Source of the DNA: Candidatus Pacearchaeota archaeon
Lineage (GTDB): Archaea > Nanobdellota > Nanobdellia > Pacearchaeales > UBA284
DNA: 64,000 nt
NCBI GenBank assembly: GCA_026395795.1
Contig: JAPLYB010000040.1
Span: forward strand, 5,464-69,463
Reading direction: 5' to 3'
The notes beneath the pieces were generated by a model. The model was not told where the DNA came from. It made no database searches and was given only the letters and a program-made list of their open reading frames with translations. The translations under genes and the position numbers were made by a program. Shown here piece by piece: positions 58,518 to 64,000 of the stretch (position 1 is the first letter of the stretch; every line of letters begins with the position of its first letter).

Positions 58518-59288
58518 TTATTCCAATGCTTTAAAATTATTTTCAAATCTTTTCCATTTTCCATAATCTTTAGAACTAAAATGTTGTCTATCTTGGTCTT
58601 TTAAAAATGATGTTCCTTTCATAGAATTACCCATCGTTTTAATAAAGTCCTGAACAGACATAACTAAAAAATGTGGTTTGTCATCATCATCTATTAAGCA
58701 CCAAATAAAGAAATGGTCTTTAGAAATTATCATGTCTCTTGGTTTATGGTCTGTTGCGTAAGTATTTTTTGATTTTTCACCGATATATTCTACTCTTGAA
58801 GATTTTACTTGTATTGACCTGAATTTTGTTTTATACTCTTTAGAACCACAATTACAATAATAGTTAATCAATTTTACTTCCCCTCCACATTTATCACAAG
58901 TTGGAATAAGAGTAAAATTATCCACGCCTTTATTGTCACATTTTTTACAATTCGTGCTACTTCCTTCTGTTCTTGTTTTACATTTATTGCATATTTTTAT
59001 AGGTTTAATATTTCTTTTTTCAGTTTTAGAAAAGTCTTTATGACATTTATTACAAATTAAAGAGGGGGTCATAGCCCAGCTCTTACCACATTTTGCACAA
59101 GCGTATTTATGGGCTATAATATCAATATATTCATCATACATAGGACTATACACATTCCAACCATGTTTAGATAATTCAAAAGAAACTAAAAACTCCCCAT
59201 ATCTTGAAAAGTGTTTTACATTCAAATCAGAAGTCGTTTTATAATGTTCTTCTTGGGCTTCTTCTTGTTCTTCTATATCCTTTTCCAT
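58518..59288 (-). CDS. Putative PD-(D/E)XK restriction endonuclease with multiple Zn ribbons
   Basis: GE..V, DEYIDII, IQVKSS; several CxxC pairs; convergent with the MTase. Confidence 0.75.
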   Translation of the reverse strand: MEKDIEEQEEAQEEHYKTTSDLNVKHFSRYGEFLVSFELSKHGWNVYSPMYDEYIDIIAHKYACAKCGKSWAMTPSLICNKCHKDFSKTEKRNIKPIKICNKCKTRTEGSSTNCKKCDNKGVDNFTLIPTCDKCGGEVKLINYYCNCGSKEYKTKFRSIQVKSSRVEYIGEKSKNTYATDHKPRDMIISKDHFFIWCLIDDDDKPHFLVMSVQDFIKTMGNSMKGTSFLKDQDRQHFSSKDYGKWKRFENNFKALE

Positions 59289-59391
59289 TGATAGATTAGG
59301 TAAGACCTATTTTTAATGCTTTCTACCAACCTTTAACGCACCAATACAAACAGAGGCGAACATTTATAAAATAGGAGGTTATCTCGGCTGT

Positions 59392-59892
59392 ATGAGAAAG
59401 GAAGACAAACAAGTAGAGAAGAAAAAATCTTGGATTGAGCGACATAGAACTTTAAGTATAATTTTGGGTGTACTGCTTATTTTTATTGCAATTGGCTGGT
59501 TTATTAATAATAATTTCCCATCTGAGCAAACCCAAACAAATTCAGGTCAGCCTTTGAATAATGATATTTCTCAACAAACAGCCTCTGAATCTTGGCACAA
59601 TGTTACTTCTTTTGATGGAAAAGGAAATGAAAATACAGAATCTTTTATGATTAAAGGAAGTAAAGTAAGAATTACTGCAAGAACATGGGGGTCTCCGGGA
59701 GTTGGAAGTGTTTCTGGCATTCGTTTGGAAAAAGATACTGGAGGATACATTGGAACAGGGCTATCGATTTCTACTCAAGGATATGATGAAGGAAATAGTG
59801 AGACTATTTATCGAAATCTCAAGAGTGGAAATTATTATATCGGTGTCATAAGCGGGATAGAATGGGAAGTTAGAGTAGAGGAGTATTATTAA
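59392..59892 (+). CDS. Membrane-anchored hypothetical protein
   Basis: Single N-terminal TM followed by a beta-rich domain. Confidence 0.65.
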   Translation: MRKEDKQVEKKKSWIERHRTLSIILGVLLIFIAIGWFINNNFPSEQTQTNSGQPLNNDISQQTASESWHNVTSFDGKGNENTESFMIKGSKVRITARTWGSPGVGSVSGIRLEKDTGGYIGTGLSISTQGYDEGNSETIYRNLKSGNYYIGVISGIEWEVRVEEYY

Positions 59893-59895
59893 TAA

Positions 59896-60309
59896 ATGAA
59901 ACTTTGCAGTGCATGTTTATTGGGAGTAAAATGTAGATGGGATGGAGAAAGTAAATCTTCTGATAAAGTCAATGAGCTTCTAAAGAAAGACCTTTTAATC
60001 CCAATTTGCCCAGAACAACTCGGCGGATTGCCTACACCTAGAACCCCCTCTGAACAAAGAGGTAATAAAGTATTTACAAAAGATGGAAAAGAGGTTACAG
60101 AACAATTTAACAGAGGTGCTGAAGAAGTTCTAAAAATTGCTAAATCATTTGGAATTAAAGAAGCTGTTTTAAAACAAAAAAGTCCTTCTTGTGGTTGTGG
60201 CTTGATCTATGATGGAACTTTCTCTGGAAAATTAATAAGAGGAAATGGAGTAACAACACAATTGTTAAAAGACAATGGGATAAAAGTTATTTCAGAAGAA
60301 GATTTGTAA
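59896..60309 (+). CDS. DUF523 / 2-thiouracil desulfurase (TudS)-family protein
   Basis: SACLLGVKCRWDG, CPEQLGGLPTPR, KSPSCG. Confidence 0.92.
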   Translation: MKLCSACLLGVKCRWDGESKSSDKVNELLKKDLLIPICPEQLGGLPTPRTPSEQRGNKVFTKDGKEVTEQFNRGAEEVLKIAKSFGIKEAVLKQKSPSCGCGLIYDGTFSGKLIRGNGVTTQLLKDNGIKVISEEDL

Positions 60310-60319
60310 AAGAATCAAA

Positions 60320-60778
60320 TTAAAATTTCTTAGAAGTCAAGATAGAATACAACTTTTTGAAAGCATCCTTATTGGTATCCCATTTCATCATTTTTATTGC
60401 ATCTTCAAAACTAACCCACTTGAAATCACTATGATCTCTTTCTAGGTCATTAGTTATGTTTATTTCTACGTTCTCATTTACTTCAAACCCAGATACAATC
60501 TCTTTAACCTCGATTATATCTTCTTGAGTTAAGTAATGCTTAGTTATTACAAAACTATGCACATTTTTAATCACCCTTATTATTTGATTTTTGGATATTC
60601 CTGTTTCTTCTAATATCTCTCTATATGCTCCATCTAGTTCAGACTTATCAGTTTTTTCTAAAGCACCAGTAATGGGTTGCCAAAAATCCCCTTTTTCAGG
60701 AAGTCTTTTTAACAAAAGAAATTCAAAAGAATCTTTTACTTTTCTAAAAATGATACATTCAAGACAAATCCTTTCCAT
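60320..60778 (-). CDS. NUDIX hydrolase (NudB-like)
   Basis: LLLKR, FWQPITG, AYREILEETGI Nudix box. Confidence 0.9.
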   Translation of the reverse strand: MERICLECIIFRKVKDSFEFLLLKRLPEKGDFWQPITGALEKTDKSELDGAYREILEETGISKNQIIRVIKNVHSFVITKHYLTQEDIIEVKEIVSGFEVNENVEINITNDLERDHSDFKWVSFEDAIKMMKWDTNKDAFKKLYSILTSKKF

Positions 60779-60865
60779 AAATCCTTAAAAAATAGAAAAG
60801 TTATAAATGTTTCCAGAAAAGATCGCGCCCCGCAGTAAAGCCAAAAATAATTAAACTTGGTTCTC

Positions 60866-60890
60866 TAGGATTTTGCGTAGCAAAATCCTA
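60866..60890. repeat. Perfect 11-bp hairpin
   Basis: TAGGATTTTGC-GTA-GCAAAATCCTA. Confidence 0.7.
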
Positions 60891-60903
60891 ATGGAAGATT
60901 TTA

Positions 60904-60953
60904 CTTTAACTTTACTTAAAGTTACTTTAATTTACTAAAAGGAGTTTAAGTAA
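60904..60953. repeat. Iterated TTACTTTAA-type repeat block, copy 1
   Basis: CTTTAACTTTACTTAAAGTTACTTTAA...GGAG.TTTAAGTAA; also at 62701-62760. Confidence 0.75.
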
Positions 60954-61114
60954 GAGTATAATAAGAAAACCCACTATTAAACAAAACCGCCTTTTTCTTT
61001 AATAAGAAGATTAGAGATTAAACCCCCTATAAAAAACCGAAAAGTATATAAATATGACTTAAGTCATAATTATACAATAAATGTACAATTATAAACTAAG
61101 TAGAATATGACAAA

Positions 61115-61744
61115 ATGAGCTATAAATTACTAATTAAGAAATTGATGATTGATAAAAAGAAGATTATCACGAGGGAAGAATTAAAAGAATATTGCAAAAA
61201 TTTTAAGATGTCTTATTCTTCTGTAATTGGGTATCTTCTCAGAAATAGGTATGCAGAAAGGATACTAAGAGGAATCTTTTATCTTAAAAGCATAGAAGAA
61301 AGAAAACTTAACAAATCAGACATGAGCTTCTACGAAGCTATCAAAGAAGCTCTAAGGATAAAGGGCGTTAAAAACTGGTATTTTGGCTTAGAAAGTGCTA
61401 TTAAATTAAACAACCTGACTCACGAATACTTTGCCATAGACTTTATTATTTCAGACAAAATAAAAAGAAAGAATACAATTGAGATTTTAGGGCATAAAGT
61501 CAAGTTTCTGACTATTAAAAAAGAGCTAATTAAGTTTGGCATTGAAAAGGGAAAAATCCCTTATTCAGATATTGAAAAAACAATTTTGGATATAGTTTAC
61601 TTGGGGATTTATCGGGGTTATTCGGAATCCACAATAAGAAACGACATAATTGATTATATTGATCTGTGCGACAAGGCAAAGCTTATTAATTATGCAAAAC
61701 ATTATCCTAAGACAATACTAAAGTTCATTCCAAAGACAAAATGA
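61115..61744 (+). CDS. AbiEi-like type IV TA antitoxin
   Basis: wHTH ...RILRGIFY, YFGLESA, YSDIEKTILD. Confidence 0.8.
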   Translation: MSYKLLIKKLMIDKKKIITREELKEYCKNFKMSYSSVIGYLLRNRYAERILRGIFYLKSIEERKLNKSDMSFYEAIKEALRIKGVKNWYFGLESAIKLNNLTHEYFAIDFIISDKIKRKNTIEILGHKVKFLTIKKELIKFGIEKGKIPYSDIEKTILDIVYLGIYRGYSESTIRNDIIDYIDLCDKAKLINYAKHYPKTILKFIPKTK

Positions 61745-62679
61745 TAAGAAAAGAAGCTACTGGATTTATAAAAGAAAAGACAGGAATAAACAAAAGAGAA
61801 TTTATTGAAAAAGACCTTATTCTAAGCCAGCTTCTCTTTCATTTATCAAAAGAAAAATATTTCTTTGATAACTATGCTTTCAAAGGCGGAACTTGTCTAA
61901 TAAAATGTTATCTTGGATATTACAGATTCTCAGAAGACCTTGATTTTACTTACATAAATCAAAAAGAACTTGAAGGAAAAAGCATGAATCAAATGAGGAA
62001 GTTGGTTTCTGATAAAATAGACAAGGTTGCAGAGATACTTGAAAAAATCGCAAAACCCCTTGACTTGAGATTCAAAGCAGACAAACAGGATAAAGATCAC
62101 TTCCAATTTGGCGGAAGCAATGCATTTGTGACTTTTAAGCTCTGGTATAAATCAACCGAATCAGATAAAGAGAATTTCATTAAACTTCAAATCAATTACA
62201 TTGAAAAGCTTAATTATGCGATTAAAGAAATAAAAGCAAAAACTCTGCTATTGAAAGATTTTGAAAAGGAATTTTCTTCATTGTTTCCAGAAGAATTTGA
62301 ATTTTTAAAGCCCGCAAAAATCAAAACTTATGACATAAAAGAAGTTTTAATCGAAAAAATAAGGGCAATCCTGACAAGAAGGGGTGTTAAAGCAAGAGAT
62401 TTTATTGATGTCTATAAAATAACCAAATTAGAAAATCTTAAACTTGAAGATTTTAAGAAAGAAATAATTGACAAAATAAAAGCCATGCTAAAATTTGATA
62501 AATATCAAACTAACCTAGATAAAAAACAGGAAACTAACTTTTCAGCGGATATAGACAAAGAAAAAATAGTAGCTGAAGAAGAAAAGATTCTCCTTGTGCC
62601 TATCCCAGAAGATTTTGCAAAATTTTTGTCTGAATTTAAGGTTTTTCTGAATGAAATTATTTTGTCTTTAAAGAAATAA
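61741..62679 (+). CDS. AbiEii-family nucleotidyltransferase toxin
   Basis: IEKD, FKGGTCL, RFSEDLDF, EKIRA, RDFID. Confidence 0.92.
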   Translation: MIRKEATGFIKEKTGINKREFIEKDLILSQLLFHLSKEKYFFDNYAFKGGTCLIKCYLGYYRFSEDLDFTYINQKELEGKSMNQMRKLVSDKIDKVAEILEKIAKPLDLRFKADKQDKDHFQFGGSNAFVTFKLWYKSTESDKENFIKLQINYIEKLNYAIKEIKAKTLLLKDFEKEFSSLFPEEFEFLKPAKIKTYDIKEVLIEKIRAILTRRGVKARDFIDVYKITKLENLKLEDFKKEIIDKIKAMLKFDKYQTNLDKKQETNFSADIDKEKIVAEEEKILLVPIPEDFAKFLSEFKVFLNEIILSLKK

Positions 62680-62700
62680 GAAGGAAGTGCGCCCAGTTTT

Positions 62701-62760
62701 CTTTAACTTTACTTAAAGTTACTTTAACTTACTTTAACTTACTTAAGGAGATTTAAGTAA
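62701..62760. repeat. Iterated TTACTTTAA-type repeat block, copy 2
   Basis: First 27 bp identical to the copy at 60904; has an extra internal unit. Confidence 0.75.
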
Positions 62761-62998
62761 ACCCCAAATATGACATAAATAATTAGTCTTTTTGGCAAGA
62801 AATAAGTAACATTTTTTAGGAATATCATGTATCATTTAGTAAAATTTGACAAATTTACCAAATATCACTGTTTATAATTGTCAAATTTATGCATTTTTTG
62901 CCAAATAGAAATATTTAAATACTTGTATGTCTGTCATATTTTGTATTAATTTGACAAAATGACTTTTGTGAGTATTAAATAATTGTCAAAATTTCAAA

Positions 62999-63928
62999 AT
63001 GGCTAAAAAAGATTTAGAAAATATCAGAGAAAAATTAAAAGAAATGAAGTCTGAAGACTTGGCAAATGAAAGCTCTATTAAAATAATTAAGGACATAAAA
63101 AAAGAAATTGCAAGAATCCTTAAAGATGCAAGAAAGAAAGAAATAAGAGCTGAAAATAAGATTGGAAAGGAAATTCTTATTCATTTCAAGAAACCGTTTA
63201 CAAAAGAAGATGCCTTTCAGAGATTTATCCCAGAATATTCAAAAGAAGAAATTATTAAAGCACTAAGGAAACTTATACGTGAGAAAAGTTTAGAACTAAT
63301 TAGAAAAGACCTTTATTCAGCACAGATTAGAAATTCTGAGCCCATAATTAGGCTATCCCCCGAAATGGAGAATGTGAGAAAAACACTTAATGATAATGGA
63401 ATCAGTTTTCTCATTACTGGTTTAGACGTGCTTCAAGAATATGTAAATCTTATCCCAAAAAGAATGCTTCATCTAGTCTATGTTGCAGATGGTTCTGGTG
63501 ATTTTGTTAAGAATTTAATTGTAAAAAAGACTGGAAAGATGTGCATTATTAATCCCTCAAGGAAAGAAATAAGAGATATGTTCTCTCATTACGCTGAAGA
63601 TATTATTATAGTCCGGGAAGTTGGAGAAAGTGCGATAGAGTATAATAATAAAGGGATTGCAATGATTGAAAAGGCAATTGTTGATTTATACTTTGAAACA
63701 ACCAGAAAGAGAATTCCCTTTGAAGTCTCGGAACTAACAAGTATTTTAAAGAATACCTTACTTAGATTAAAGATAGATTATAGAAGGTTACTAAGAGCCG
63801 CATCAAGAAGAAACCTGCAATCAGAGTTTATTAGGATTTTTGAGGCTTTAGGGCTTCATATTCCCTATGAAAAAATTAAAGAATCTGCAAACGACCAAGC
63901 AGAAAAAGTAATTAGGATGCTAAAATAA
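62999..63928 (+). CDS. Second AbiEi-like antitoxin (DUF6577-like)
   Basis: wHTH, then IEKAIVDLY...RLLRAASRR; TTGACAAA/TTGTCAA inverted repeats upstream. Confidence 0.65.
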   Translation: MAKKDLENIREKLKEMKSEDLANESSIKIIKDIKKEIARILKDARKKEIRAENKIGKEILIHFKKPFTKEDAFQRFIPEYSKEEIIKALRKLIREKSLELIRKDLYSAQIRNSEPIIRLSPEMENVRKTLNDNGISFLITGLDVLQEYVNLIPKRMLHLVYVADGSGDFVKNLIVKKTGKMCIINPSRKEIRDMFSHYAEDIIIVREVGESAIEYNNKGIAMIEKAIVDLYFETTRKRIPFEVSELTSILKNTLLRLKIDYRRLLRAASRRNLQSEFIRIFEALGLHIPYEKIKESANDQAEKVIRMLK

Positions 63929-63929
63929 A

Positions 63930-64000
63930 ATGAAAGATGTATTAATTAATGATGAAAGTTATTTTAGTAAAGAGAATATAGAAAAGATAAAAGTAAAGTA
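63930..64000 (+). CDS. 5' fragment of the next gene, probably its AbiEii partner
   Basis: ATG 1 bp after the previous stop; MKDVLINDESYFSKENIEKIKVK runs off the window end. Confidence 0.4.
   Translation, partial: MKDVLINDESYFSKENIEKIKVK

Larger units (their letters stand above)
54668..59348. mobile_element. Cargo-carrying DDE transposon with 25-bp TIRs and 9-bp TSD
   Basis: TIR TGTATTGGTGCGTTAAAGGTTGGTA at 54668-54692 and its reverse complement at 59324-59348; AACAGAGGC at 54659-54667 and 59349-59357. Confidence 0.93.
44033..64000. mobile_element. Putative tRNA-Arg-integrated genomic island (right boundary not seen)
   Basis: Integrase starts ~50 bp after the tRNA; accessory, defense and TA cargo follow; no att duplicate found in the window. 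Confidence 0.6.

Noticed and set aside
60900-62760. CRISPR array
   Set aside because: Only two blocks 1.8 kb apart, no regular repeat-spacer pattern and no cas genes
44033-64000. Provirus, and an attR copy of the tRNA 3' end
   Set aside because: No capsid, terminase or packaging genes recognised; no tRNA 3' duplicate found by eye in the window

Overview
AT-rich archaeal DNA, most consistent with a DPANN archaeon (Pacearchaeota/Woesearchaeota-like; this is inference from archaeal-type GluRS, TopA, Dph5, RadB, OapAB, an intron-containing tRNA, BRE/TATA promoters and many Cys-rich surface proteins). Layout: 1-16.5 kb housekeeping genes, including a divergent late purine-biosynthesis operon. 16.5-36 kb surface-protein island with two tandem 'class III signal-peptide pilin-like gene + giant Cys-rich protein' modules. 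28-38.7 kb three HEPN-MNT pairs, one co-transcribed with a histone-fold gene and bracketed by a 54-bp direct repeat. From 43.9 kb a tyrosine-integrase island downstream of tRNA-Arg(TCT), whose right end is not visible. The island carries a third pilin-like + giant protein module with polymorphic-toxin architecture, a ~350-nt fold-back element, a complete 4.7-kb cargo transposon (25-bp TIRs, 9-bp TSD; DUF4747-like + 4TM pair and an R-M system) and tandem AbiE-like modules. All family calls are from motif recognition by eye; no database search was run.
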